DNA of 64,000 nt from Chiloscyllium plagiosum (GCF_004010195.1 NC_057719.1:69626401-69690400); one strand, 5' to 3'; shown: positions 12,806 to 25,252, numbered from the stretch's first letter. Translations and numbers: made by a program. The notes: generated by a model not told the origin, from the letters alone.

Positions 12806-13342
12806 GACCCTGATAGGAATTTTAATTCTGGACCTGATGCTTATAAAGTTAATCAATCTCTCATTGTAATGTCGATCAATGACAGATCACTGCTAGGATT
12901 GGAACAGTCCCCAACACATGTTGAACCACAAGCAAATATTTTAGAAAGATCTCACAATCAAGGAGGGAGAGAAAATTGGGGCAGAAGAAATTTAAATGGT
13001 TACTGTGGTGTCTGGAGGAACATTCCTTATTGGTCCTTTTCTTCAAATCTAAATTTCTATAAATTCCTTTTCTTGGGGTGGCAGGAAGGCCAATTCAACA
13101 CTTCTACTCTGACCTCTGGTGACAGTAATAATAATAGCCCCAATAATGTCATCCAAACCTAGTCTGCATACTATGGAAGTGCTCCCTCGTTTGTTAGTGG
13201 GTTTCATCTCATCTGAATGACAGGATTGGAACCTGTGGGAAGTGATATTAACTGTGACAATAAAGTTACAGGGGCAACTCTAACTGTGTGTCTGCCCAGT
13301 TTCCACCAGTAGGCATGGTTGTAAATTTTCTCGCCATCATTT

Positions 13343-13482
13343 AAAAAAAAAATTTGCAGGATCTGGGCATCATTGGCTGGGCCAGCAATTATTGCCCATC
13401 CCTAATTGCCCAGAGGGCAGTTAAGAAACAATCACATTGTTGTGGGTCTGGAGTCAAATGTAGGTCAGACAAGGTAAGGATG
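13343..13482 (-). mobile_element. 3' half of a tRNA-derived SINE, split by CR1 insertion
   Basis: Reverse complement matches 32598-32728 of the intact SINE copy. Confidence 0.85.
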
Positions 13483-13566
13483 GGTCAAAGAGTAGTAGAG
13501 ATGTACAGCATGGAAACAGACCCTTCGATCCAACTCGACCATCCCGACCAGATATCCCAACTCAAT

Positions 13567-16330
13567 CTAGTCCCATCTGCCAGCACTCAGCCCATATCCC
13601 TCCAAACCCTTCCTATTCATATATCCATCCAGATGCCTCTTAAATGTTGCAATTGTACCAGCCTCCACCACTTCCTCTGGCAGCTCATTCCATACACGTA
13701 CCACCCTCTGAGTGAAAGAGTTGTCCACTGGGTCTCTTTTATATCTTTCTTTTCTCATCCTAAACCTATGTCCTCTAGTTCTGGACTCCTCCACTCCAGG
13801 GAAAAGACTTTGTCTATTTATCCTATCTATGCCCCTCTACAAGATCACCCATCAGCCTCTGATGCTCCAGAGAAAACAGTCCTAGCCTATTCAACCTCTC
13901 CAAATAGCTCAAATTCTCCTGGCAACATCCTTGTAAATCTTTTCCTTTCAAGTTTCACAACATCTTTCCGATAGGAAGGAGACCAAAATTGCATGCAATA
14001 TTCCAACAGTGGCCTAACCAATGTCCTGTACAGCCACAACATGACCTCCCAACTCCTGTACTCAATACTCTGACCAATAAAGGAAAGTATACCAAACACC
14101 TTCTTCACTATCCTATCTACCTGCGACTCCTTGAAAGCTATGAACCTGCACTCCAAGGTCTCTTTGTTCAGCAACACTCCCTAGGACCTTACCATTAAGT
14201 GTATAAGTCCTGCTAAGATTTGCTTTCCCAAAATGCAGCACCTCACATTTATCTAAATCAAACTCCCTCTGCCACTTCTCAGCCCATTGGCCCATCTGGT
14301 CCAGATCCCATTGTAATCTGAGGTAAATCTCTTTGCTGTCCACTACACCTCCAATTTTGGTGTCATCAGCAAACTTACTAACTATACCTCTTATGCTCAC
14401 ATCCAAATCATTTATATAAATGATGAAAAGTAGTGGACCCAGCACCGATCCTTGTGGCACTCCACTGGTCACAGTCCTCCAATCTCAAAAACAACCTCCC
14501 ACCACCAGCCTCTGTCTTCTACCTTGGAGCCAGTTCTGTGTCCAAATGGCGAGTTCTTCTTGTATTCCATGAGATCTAACCTTGGTCACCAGTCTCCCGT
14601 GGGGAACCTTGTCAAACGCTTTACTGAAATCCATATAGATCACATATACTGCTCTGCCCTCATCAAACCTCTTTGTTACTTCTTCAAAAAGCTCAATCAA
14701 GTTTGTGAGACATGATTTCCCACTCATAAAGCCATGTTGACTATCCCTAATCAGTCCTTGCTTTTCCAAATACATGTACATCCTGTCCCTCAGGATTCAG
14801 TCCAAATACTTGCCCACCATCAATGTCAGGCTTACTGGTCTATAGTTCCCTGGCTTGTTCCCTTCCTTACCATTTTGAGTAAACAGTGGCACCACGTTAG
14901 CTAATCTCCAGTCTTCTGGCACCTCACCTGTGACTATCGATGATATAAATATCTCAGTAAGAGGCCCAGCAATCACTTCTCTAGCTTCCCACAGAGTTCT
15001 AGGGTACACCTGATCAGGTCCTGGGGATTTATCCACTTCTATGCGTTTCAAGACATCCAGCACTTCCTCCTCTGTAATATGGACATTTTTCAAGATGTCA
15101 CCATCTATTTCCCTACATTCTATATCTTCCATGTCCTTTTCCCTATAAATACTGATGCAAAATACTTATTCAGTATCTGCCCCCCATCTCCTGAGGCTCT
15201 GATCTTTGAGGGGCCCTACTCTCTCCCTAGTTACCCTTTTGTCCTTAATGTATTTGTAAAAACCCTTTGGATTCCCCTTTTCTCTATTTGCCAAAGCTAA
15301 CTCACGTCCCCTTTTCGCCCTCTTGATATCTCTCTTAAGTATCCTCCTAATGCATTTATACTCTTCTAAGGATTCACTCGAACTATCCTGTCTCCACCTG
15401 ACATATGCTTCCTTCTTTTTCTTCACCAAACTGTCTATTTCTTTAGTCATCCAGCATTTCCTGTACCTACCAGCCTTTCCTTTGCCCCTAACAGGAATAT
15501 ACCTCCTCTGGATTCTCGTTATCTCATTTCTGAAGGCTTCCCATTTTCCAGCCATCCTTTACCTGCAAACATCTGCCCCCAGTTAGCTTTTGAAAGTTCT
15601 TGCCTAATCCCGTCAAAATTGGCCTTTCTCCAATTTAGAACTTCTTTTCCATCACTATTTTAAAACTAATAGAATTATGGCCGCTGGCCCCAAAGTGCTC
15701 CCCCACTGACACCTCAGTCACCTGCCCTGCCTTATTTCCCAATAGTAGGTCAAGTTTTGCACCTTTTCTCGTAGCTACATCCACATACTGAGTCAGAAAA
15801 ATTTCTTGTACAAATTTCTTGACTAAACAAATTCCTCTCCACTTAAACCCTTAACACTATGGCAGTCCCAGTCTATGTTTGGAAAGTTAAAATCCCCGAC
15901 CATAACCACCCTATTATTCTTACAGATAACTAAGATTTCCTTACAAATTTGTTTCTGTTTTCCCTCTGACTATTAGGGGGTCTATAATACAATCCCAATA
16001 ACGTGATCATCCCTTCTCTTATTTCTCAGTTCCACCCAAATAACTTCCCCGGATGTATTTCGGGGAATATCCTCCCTCAGTATAGCTGTAATGCTATCCC
16101 TTATCAAAAATGCCACCACCCCCTCTTCCACTCTTGCCTCCCTTTCTGTCCTTCCTGTTGCATTTGTATCATGAAACATTAAGCTGCCAGTCCTGTCCAT
16201 CCCTGAGCCACGTTTCTGTAATTGCTATGATATCCCAGTCCCCTGTTCCTAACCATGCCCTGGGATCATCTGCCTTCCCTGTTAGGCCTCTTGCATTGAA
16301 ATAAATGCAGTTTAATTTATCAGTCCTACC
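13567..16330 (-). pseudogene. CR1 ORF2 (endonuclease and reverse transcriptase), fragmented
   Basis: Collinear ORF pieces at 15982-16200, 15166-15555, 14797-15132, 14485-14781, 14113-14472, 13887-14177 and 13567-13794. Confidence 0.95.
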
Positions 16331-16444
16331 TTGTTCTCTGCTTTGTCCCTGCCTGCCTTATTTAACACGCTTTTGTTCTCAACTGTACCAGTCTCAGATT
16401 GATCTCTTTCCTCACTATTTCCCTGGGTCCCACCACCCCCCACC

Positions 16445-17383
16445 TTACTGGTTTAAATCCTCCCAGGCAGCTCTAGCAAATCTCCCTGCCAGTATATTAG
16501 CCCCCTTCCAATTTAGGTGCAATCTGTCCTTCTTGTACAGGTCACTTCTACCCCAGAAGAGATTCCAATGATCCAAAAATGCGAATCCTTCTCCCATACA
16601 CCAGCTTTTCAGCCATGCACTCATCTGCTCTATCCTTCTATTCCTGCCCTCACTAGCTTGTAGCACCAGGTGTAATCCAGATATTACTACTCTCGAGGAC
16701 CTCCTTTTTAAATTCCTGCCTAACTCTCTGTAATCTCCCTTCAGCATCGCAACCTTTTCCCTTCCTATGTCGTTGGTTCCAATGTGTACAATGGCTTTGT
16801 GCAGGCCCCTTTCCCCCTTGAGAACATTCTGCACCCTCTCTGAGACATCCTTGATCCTGGCACCAGGAAAGCAACACACCATTCTGATATTTCACTGCTG
16901 GCCACAGAAACTGTCTGTCTGTACCTTGGACTAAGAGTCCTCTAACACAATCGATCGCTTGGAACCCAACGTACCTCTCATTGCATTAGAGCCAATCTCA
17001 ATAGCAGAAACTTTGCTGTTCGTGCTACATTCCCCTGAGAATCCATCACCCCCTACATTTTCCAAAACAGCATACTTGCTTGAAATGGGGATAGCCTGAG
17101 AAGACTCCTGCACTACCTGCCTACCTCTCTTACCTTTCCTGGAGTTAACCCATCTTTGTGACTGTTTCTGTAACTTTCCCCCTTTCTTATAACTGCCATC
17201 CATCACACCCCCATGCTCTTGTAAATTCCTCAGTACCTCTAACTGCCTCTCCAACCTATCCATTCAATCTGATAGGATTCGCAACCAATGGCATTTAATG
17301 CAGATATAATCCTCAGTAACTCGTGGACTCTCCCTAAACTCCCACATCCGACAAGAAGAGCATATCACTCTACTAAAGGCCAT
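16445..17383 (-). pseudogene. CR1 ORF1: zinc finger, coiled coil and SGNH esterase domain
   Basis: ATG at 17383 gives MAFSRVICSSCRMWE...YICIKC (two CxxC), a stop, then MDRLERQL... The esterase motifs are IVLEDS, FPGA, HIGTNDI and DRLHLN. Confidence 0.9.
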
Positions 17384-17987
17384 TTTTACATTTCTCAATC
17401 TACGGACTCAGAAAATAGCACTGTCTTATTCCTCTACAAAATACTGATACAGGTTAAATTAATGCTTATGGCTTATATTTTAAGTTTAATCAAGAGACAT
17501 AACTCAATAAAACATATAATCAAGACAGAACCCACTCTACTCACTACTGCAGACTTACTGTAAGGCCACACTTAAAATCCACTTATCTGCTTCTGTGCTG
17601 TGACCTTACCCAGACAGGTTCCTCCAAGATCAGTTGTGAATTTCACCATTTGTTAATGTTCCCAGACACTCTGTGATATTCAGTGATACATGATTACAAC
17701 AGCAAAGACAGTAGCTGCTAACTCTGTCAGTTAGTAATGTGGGTTTTTTTTTACTCTCTCTCTCCTGCACTCACCTCATCATGTGCTTCCTTTGTCCTTC
17801 TCCCTTTTAAAAGTGCTGTTGTTTTAACTTTTTTTCCTCCAAAGTTCCAAACAATGCAACAGCATATAAAACAGTAATTGCTGCTCCTGGAATTCAAGAA
17901 AATACCTCAAAAAAGGAGCAGCTGTTACAGCCAGAAATTTTTCCTGTCCTCCATCTTGGATTACCCAGAATCCTCTTCTGAGCTGTA

Positions 17988-18213
17988 GGCATTTTCTTCC
18001 CTCAAGGGCATTGGAGAACCAGACAATATTTTTACCCCACAGTCAGCAAAAGTTTCATGATCATCATTAAACTTTTATTTTCAGATTTTTTTTTAGTAAA
18101 AGTTGAATTACCACAAACTGTCATGGCAGGTTTCAAACCTGGGTCCCCAGAACACTACCTGGGTTTCTGGATTAGGAAGCTAACAACAATACCAGTAGGC
18201 AATCACCTACCCC
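17988..18213 (-). mobile_element. 5' half of the tRNA-derived SINE split by CR1
   Basis: Reverse complement matches 32410-32598 (A/B-box head). Joins the 13343-13482 half at ...AAGGATGG|CA.TTTC.TTCCC. Confidence 0.85.
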
Positions 18214-20195
18214 TATCCCAAAGATGCATTGATCCATCAGCAGTACTGTTTTTTTTGTATCTCTTCCAAGCTCCATGTGTAAGCCTAATGAATGGCTCAG
18301 TGCCTGTGGAATATATAAGCCAAATTTTATTTCAAGCCAAACTCTCAAATGTGTATGCTTTCCAGGAAAGTTCATCGGATAGTAATGAAAATGCTTTAAA
18401 AATGACAGATTTTCCTCTTCTGTGTTACACAGTCCTGAGGCCAGGGAAATGCAAAATGATAATGGCAAGGCAACCTAACTAATTGTACAGACGTCAGTCT
18501 CCTTTGTTTATTACTATATTGGGCGATGCTTATATCCATAGACCATAATGTTGAAATGCATAGCACCAATTAGTTCTTACTGATGATACACCTATAATTC
18601 ATTACTAGTTATATATTGCATTGCCAAGAGTACTCATAATATAATCTTGACTCATGCAAGAACTGAAAATAATACAGTGAGTGTTATTGTGCTCAACTTG
18701 AGTTAAGGCACAAAATTGAAATTGAGTACAGGGAGCTTTATCTGACTTGATACAAGCATAGAATGCAGCAGAAGATTTCGCTTCCTAACATTGACATCTC
18801 CTGCCTTTGAGAAGGATGGGAGGAGAAATAAAATGGCATCTCCTCGGGGTGATATACCTGTGCTTAGACAAAGACGAATAAGATGCATATCATGTTTTCA
18901 TTGATACTCCGCTGACTTCAAAGAAAACAGAAATCGAGAGGTATAGACAACTATTTTCATTTTACCCTACTGCGCAAAGTTGGAATTACAGCCAGTCAGT
19001 CTGATTATTAATGTGGCCAGATTTTAGGTTTTAGATAACATATTGAAATCATAGCTTGATAGGTTAATTCATTGTAATACTGATTGAGCAGTGGTGGGAG
19101 GTATAATCATTACTGTAATAGTGATTGAATTGAAACATTGATCAATGTGTGGTTTAATTTCTGATAATATATTGATAAATACTACTGCTTCTCTTTCCAA
19201 GTTAAAAACAAAGCACGTAGAATAGCATATTGGGGAAGGCTGAAATCAGTGAGTAGGCGTTAGTCAATTTTTCTGTCATTTACTTTGTCCACTATTGCAA
19301 TGATCTAGCAAAAATGAAAGCCACCCAATATCAGCATATTGGTTGAAATTTCTATACCTTTTACAATACCAACCATTTTGTGACTAGATTGAAATGATTA
19401 TTAGGTAATAAAATATTTAAATTAGTATCACAACAAAGTGATGTTTGTTGATGATATTTGTTTTAAGCAGTGAAATTAAATCATTGGCTTTTCTGAACTC
19501 GTGACAAGTAAACGAACATGAAAGATACAGTGACGCTAGGCTCAAAGCATAATAAGTGTAATATCAATTCAGCTTAGGCTGTTCTGAAACTACCCATCCT
19601 GCACACAGTAAAAGGTGATGAAGGTCTCAAGTAAAATGACTGACTGTATCAGGTTCTGAATTAAATCTGTTGAACAAATGTTCATCCAGCTTTGAGAGCT
19701 GAAGAACTGTTTCTTTCACTGAGACAAATTTCTATTACATTTTTTTCTCAAAAGATGATCTGAACAAGAATATATTGTGATTGATTTTTAAAATGTGCTG
19801 TACAACTAAGAATATATCACTGAACCTCTGCTTTCTATTTAAACTATGAAAAGAAATAGGAAATTCTAATAATTATTATTGAATTTGGGGTATAGCACAG
19901 AAATGTTGCAGAAGTCTTCAAATGATTAACCCAGCTGCTCCCCCGGGTGATGGTTGTAATCATTGAAATACCTGCAATGCACAAAAAAGGTAGATAAGGA
20001 TTTGCCTAGTGAGGAGGATACTAAGGCTGATCTTGTATCACATGATCTATGCTGCAGCCCATAGCTTCTTGTAATTAGATGGTGCTGATGGAACATTCCT
20101 ATTTATGGCAAGTGTTCTAATCCTGGCACAGATTCTATTCAAAAGCTTTTACATGCAAATAAAACTGATTATAATTCAGTTTGGAAAATAGGAAC

Positions 20196-20285
20196 GTTCT
20201 GATGAAGAATTACAACTGAATGTTGACATTTCTTTCTCCTTCAGATATTGATCTATGCATTTTCATCATTCTTTTTTTTACTGCA
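20196..20285 (+). mobile_element. Old short PLE-terminus remnant with decayed hammerhead
   Basis: GTTCTGATGAAG...TGAATGTTGAC...TCTCCTTCAGAT, the same layout as 39573-39680. Confidence 0.45.
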
Positions 20286-21939
20286 TAAATGATGAATGGG
20301 TGGACATCAAAAGCCTGAAAGTGGCAAGATGATTTCAATAGAGATCATGTAGCTAGATTCTGTTTGCTATCTGCATGATGGAAAATATATCTTCTGTCAA
20401 TTTAGACCATTACTCTTTATTTAGAATGCTAAAGCTATTAAGACAATTCTAATGTAGTGCAGTACATACATATAAAGCAGTAATGTAAAATACATCTGTG
20501 ACATATGTAGAACCAGCTTTTCAAAGTCTCACTGATTATGTAGGTGGCGTGTATTGGAAATTGACTTTCTTATTTCACAAATGGTAATTCACAGACCATC
20601 CAATTTCCTGATATCTGAAACAAAGAGACAAACTAGCCTTTAATTGTAAGCATTAATTTGTGTACAATATGCGAGTAAACTGTACACCACAAGTTCAGGC
20701 ACTGTTTGCTAAAAAAAAGAAACAGGGAGACAGTATAAAGAGACAGAAAGATATACTGACCCTTTCTGTAAAATATGGAATGAATGGGTTGAAATTGACA
20801 GAAGCAAGTACCTGTTACCTCTAGCCATGACAAAACATGAGATAACCAAATTCCAAAGAATTTTATTTTAAATATCTAAATTATGATTCAAAAAACATGC
20901 TTCCCAAGGACAGTCCCACAATGGAACAAGAAATAATCACAAAACCCAACACTAGGAAGCTTCAAAACCATCTTTATATTCCTTCCATCTTTAGGTCTCC
21001 ATTATCAGGACTACCATAACCTGATTTAGTTAGCAGTGTCCATCTAAAATTTGGGAGAATATGGATGTTAGTCTGTGTTCTGACCAAATCTAGAGGGGTG
21101 AATAAATCTCTCTTTTTTACTCCTGTGTTTAGAATGCAGAGTTTGGATTTTTAAAAGATGTGCTTTTATTCCAATTCAGTATCTATGGACAAACCTTTTC
21201 ACCCAGTTCTACCATTCAGGTCACCATAGTCCAGGTCGCTCAGAGCCTGGTAAGATCCAATGGGATCTGTGGATTATGGTGCGTTGAATGGTAGAATTGG
21301 GCGAGATGTTCAATGAAGCAGAGAATTGGCACAGGCAATCTACCAGATTGGTGACCATGCTGTGTAGTACTCCTCAGTCAAGGACATGTGCAGCTATACT
21401 TATGTCAATGTGGCATGTCAGTCTAGCACCTGTACTATGTGTCCTCAGTGCTGCAGCAAGCAACATATCTGAAGGTCTCAGGGGAGTAATTCATAGACAA
21501 GTCAATGGACACCATCAGTCGGGGGACCGAGTACAGTTAGTCAAAAACACACCCTCCAAATCCACTCCTGGGCTTCAGCTATGGTCAGACATCTGGTTAG
21601 GATGGTGTTACACAGGGGGACCATTCCTCCCACCTCCAGAGGGTGGGTCATAGTTAGTCCTTTGTAGGAACCAGTCCATAGGGGAGGAATGTCACAGTCA
21701 GAGAAGTGTGAGTCTATCAGTCAGGACACTGGATAGCTGAGGGCTGACTCTAGTACGTCCAGTTTCTCAAGGGTGTGAGTCAAGGTGTTCCCATCATCTC
21801 TGTTCGTAGGGATTGAGGAGGCAGGCATGCTTGGGAAAGGGTACTCAGACAAATGGGGAGTAGCAAGTATGTAGATGAAGTTGCGTGTACACAACATGGA
21901 TGATGACCTGGAGAAGTATAAAGTCTGTAGGTTAACGGA

Positions 21940-22260
21940 GAGGGCACCTAGAAATGAAAGACTGAAGTTTAGGGTCTCAGTGGCAAGGTAACGCTGAGGC
22001 TGAAAGTCACTGTCAGGGAATCACTCACTGTCATTCTAGTCATGAAGCATGTGGATAGAGTGCAATGTTGAGGAGAATGGCTGCAAAGGGGCTAGCAATG
22101 GGCAGAGTAAATGAGATAACTTATGAGGGATAGGCTTTCATCTGCATCTGGTCACTACATATTCACATGGAAATAAAATTGTCCTGTAATAGATGTTATC
22201 TTAGACATGCAGTTCCCTACTTCCTGGCTGTCCAACATCATTGACTGTGTCAGTTACACT
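21940..22260 (+). mobile_element. Possible highly decayed Harbinger transposase relic
   Basis: Scattered motif-like pieces in the expected order (VA.KVT..L; RVQ; GFH; LRHA.VP; SNII). No continuous ORF. Confidence 0.25.
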
Positions 22261-22284
22261 TCTGAGTACAGAGTACAGAGAGAG

Positions 22285-22313
22285 TCCAGCATCTGCAGTC
22301 ATTGTTTTTACCT
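22285..22313 (+). mobile_element. 29-bp PLE-tail micro-insertion with 14-bp TSD
   Basis: TCCAGCATCTGCAGTCATTGTTTTTACCT matches 58036-58064. Flanked by GAGTACAGAGAGAG at 22271-22284 and 22314-22327. Confidence 0.85.
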
Positions 22314-22645
22314 GAGTACAGAGAGAGCTGAAGAGCAGGCAATGATGGGGATGGGGGAGTAAGGTTGTCTGAGATTCCAGAGTGAGCCAATGTCTTGCTC
22401 ATACATTGCTATCCCAGCTCTAACACATTGTATTTGGCACTCCTGGTACAGGCCCAACCTTTGTGCCACAATTACAGCGTTCAAAAGGCAAAACAGGTAT
22501 AGAGACAACTGCACAAACAGTGAAATGCAAGGGTTTATGAAACATAACAACTATTGAACTAACATTGTTTGAAAACCAAACTTGCAAAATTACATTGCTT
22601 GCAATTTAGGGTGTAGGTTTGCTCGCTGAGCTGTAGGTTTGATAT

Positions 22646-22685
22646 CCAGACATTTCGTTACCTGGCTAGGTAACATCATCAGTGG
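22646..22685 (-). ncRNA. Minimal type I hammerhead ribozyme motif (inverted pseudo-LTR copy)
   Basis: Exact reverse complement of 24889-24928. Confidence 0.85.
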
Positions 22686-22925
22686 CGACCTCCAAGTGAA
22701 GCGAAGCTGTTGTCTCCTGCTTTCTATTTATATCTTTCTCCTGGATGGGGTTCCTGGGGTTTGTGGTGATGTCATTTCCTGTTCGTTTTCTGAGGGGTTG
22801 ATAGATGGCATCTAGGTCTATGTGTTTGTTTATGGCGTTGTGGTTGGAGTGCCAGGCCTCTCGGAATTCTCTGACATGCCTTTGCTTAGCCTGTCCCAGG
22901 ATAGATGTGTTGTCCCAGTCGAAAT

Positions 22926-24908
22926 GGGGAGACCGAACTGACCAAGAACTAATCAATGACGCCCACCACAGACTCCGAATATACAATGGGGAAATTGCGC
23001 GCCAAAAACCGTTATTCAAACAAGCAACAAATCAAGAATGGACAGACGTGATAGAACGAGCCATAAACACCAAACAACGACAAACACAGATGAAGAAAAA
23101 CCGGGACCTGAAGAAAAAACTGGACAAATTCACAAAAAAAGACAAAACCGATAACGCAGGGGCATGGATAAAGAACTTATCAGACCGGACCCTATCAGAC
23201 ACAGAAAAAGTGGTACTAGTCAAAGGATTAAATTTCAATTACCGAGACGCTGACAAGAAGGATTTCCTAGGGGCATTAGAAACCACATTGAAGGACAACA
23301 ATCTCACGGAAGAAACACAACAAATGATCAGACAGACAGTTGCACCTACTCTGAGCCGAAAGAGGGAAGGAAACAAACTGAACACACAAGAAAAGAAAGC
23401 CCTAGAAAACCTCAAAAAAGACAAAAACATTGTTATATTACCTGCAGACAAAGGTCAGCTCACTGTCATCCTGAACAGAAGGGACGACATAGAGAAAGCC
23501 AATGCACTACTCGCAGACACCAACACCTACCAACAGGTGGCGCTCGACCGACCCCACAACTCGGAAACAAAATTACATATCTCCTAAGAAAATTACACAA
23601 TTCCGGACAATTAAATAAGACAGAATTCCAGAAAATGAAACCCGACGGGACCAACATCCCAAGATTCTACGGACTACCAAAAATCCATAAACCAGGAGCC
23701 CCTCTCAGACCTATAGTCGCACTACCCGGAACACCAACTTACAGATTGGTCAAAGAACTACACGCAAGACTGAAATACCTAGTAGAAGAGTCACAGCACT
23801 CCATCCACTCCACCCAGGAATTCCTAAAAATCATCAAAAACACCAAAATAGAGGAAGACGAAGCAATGATCTCATTCAATGTAACAGCACTGTTCACCTC
23901 CATCAACATCGACCTGGCAAAGGAAACACTTACCACACTTTTAGAAGAGACCATCACACACACCCCAACCACAATCAATCACATTACCAACGAAAACATC
24001 ATGAAGCTAGTGGACCTGTGCCTCACCACCCACTTCACCTTAAACAACATAATCTACAAACAAACCAACGGCACANNNNNNNNNNNNNNNNNNNNNNNNN
24101 NNNNNNNNNNNNNNNNNNNNNNNNNNNNNNNNNNACCAGCAACCATCCCAGCACACACAAACAAAGCTGTATCAGAGCACTATTCCAACGAGCCGCCACA
24201 CACTGCAGCACAGACGAACTTCGGAAAACAGTGGAGAACCACCTATACAACGTATTCAAGAAGAACGGATACTCAAATAATACAGTGCGCAGATTCCTCA
24301 AGAACAAACCACGACAAGCAGACCAAACACAGCCAGAAACCCTAACCACCTTACCATACATCAAAGAAGTTTCAGAAATGACAGCCAGACTACTAAGACC
24401 CCTCGGAATCCTAATAGCACACAAACCCACCAACACACTCAAACAAGAACTAACAAACTTAAAAGACCCAGTACATCCCATGGACAAAACCAACGTCATC
24501 TACAAAATTCCATGCAAGGACTGCCACAAACACTACATAGGACAACCAGGAAGAAAGTTAGCCACCAGGATACATGAACACCAGCTAGCCACGAAAAGAC
24601 ACGACCCTCTCTCTCTCATAGCCCTACACACGGATGAAAAAAGCCACTATTTTGACTGGGACAACACATCTATCCTGGGACAGGCTAAGCAAAGGCATGC
24701 CAGAGAATTCCGAGAGGCCTGGCACTCCAACCACAACGCCATAAACAAACACATAGATCTAGATGCCATCTGTCAACCCCTCAGAAAACGAACAGGAAAT
24801 GACATCACCACAAACCCCAGGAACCCCATCCAGCAGAAAGATATAAATAGAAAGCAGGAGACAACAGCTTCGCTTCACTTGGAGGTTGCCACTGATGATG
24901 TTACCTAG
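22926..24908 (+). pseudogene. PLE polyprotein, 5'-truncated, frameshift near 23550, N gap within RT
   Basis: ORFs 22805-23587, 23635-24075 and 24135-24908 are collinear PLE domains. Confidence 0.92.
24076..24134. other. Assembly gap (59 N)
   Basis: Run of N. Confidence 1.
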
Positions 24909-24928
24909 CCAGGTAACGAAATGTCTGG
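24889..24928 (+). ncRNA. Minimal type I hammerhead ribozyme motif
   Basis: CCA-CTGATGA-T-GTTACCT-AGCC-AGGTAAC-GAAA-TG-TC-TGG. Full catalytic core, 7-bp stem II, 3-bp stem I, vestigial stem III. Predicted cleavage after C24925. Confidence 0.85.
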
Positions 24929-25119
24929 ATATCAAACCTACAGCTCAGCGAGCAAACCTACACCCTAAATCTCAACCTGAGCTACAAACCTTCACAAACC
25001 TTGCAATTGCTTGCAATGTACGACATATTGTGGACTCAGCAAAAGCTATTTATATCATGTCATATGCTGCATGAAGTACTTGCATGATCCTGCCATCATC
25101 CACATGTGCTATCAGGGAG

Positions 25120-25252
25120 GGGAATCAAGGGTTATTGAAGGATAAATGGGAATGTATAATTTGAAGCACAAAGATTAGACATGATCTTGTGAGATGGCAG
25201 AACTGGCTTGAGAGGCTGAAAGGTCTGCTTTCTGCTCCTATTTCATATGTAC
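25120..25252 (+). mobile_element. Old CR1 3' end
   Basis: GGAATCAAGGGTTAT...CATGATCTTG...GGCTTGAGAGGCTGAA...CTGCTCCTATTTC, similar to 48648-48775. Confidence 0.7.

Larger units (their letters stand above)
13483..17987 (-). mobile_element. Near full-length CR1 LINE, about 4.5 kb, disabled
   Basis: About 600 bp of 5' UTR, then ORF1, then ORF2 (APE endonuclease plus [54 protein letters not shown]), then the 3' UTR with a decayed tail repeat. Many frameshifts and stops. Confidence 0.97.
22604..25005 (+). mobile_element. PLE (RT plus GIY-YIG) with inverted 5' pseudo-LTR and 12-bp TSD, subfamily A
   Basis: N-terminal motifs NLS..LS..E..VL.KGLNF and ILPADKG; RT motifs PRFYGLPKIHK, PLRPIV and SFNVTALFTSI; GIY-YIG motif NVIYKIPC..C..HYIGQ. 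322-bp inverted repeat at 22604-22925 and 24649-24970. TSD ATTGCTTGCAAT at 22594-22605 and 25006-25017. Confidence 0.97.

Noticed and set aside
12770..13162. 130-aa ORF
   Set aside because: Starts inside a CR1 3' UTR, has no recognisable domain or splice support, and is within chance expectation.
13354..13974. 206-aa plus-strand ORF
   Set aside because: Antisense read-through of a SINE and the CR1 3' end, with no independent protein signal.
22571..22590. ACCAAACTTGCAA upstream of the PLE resembles the element's own 3' end (ACAAACCTTGCAA)
   Set aside because: Too short and AT-rich to distinguish from chance.
22805..22925. Apparent N-terminal extension of the PLE ORF (MASRSMC...)
   Set aside because: It is antisense sequence of the inverted pseudo-LTR that happens to be in frame.
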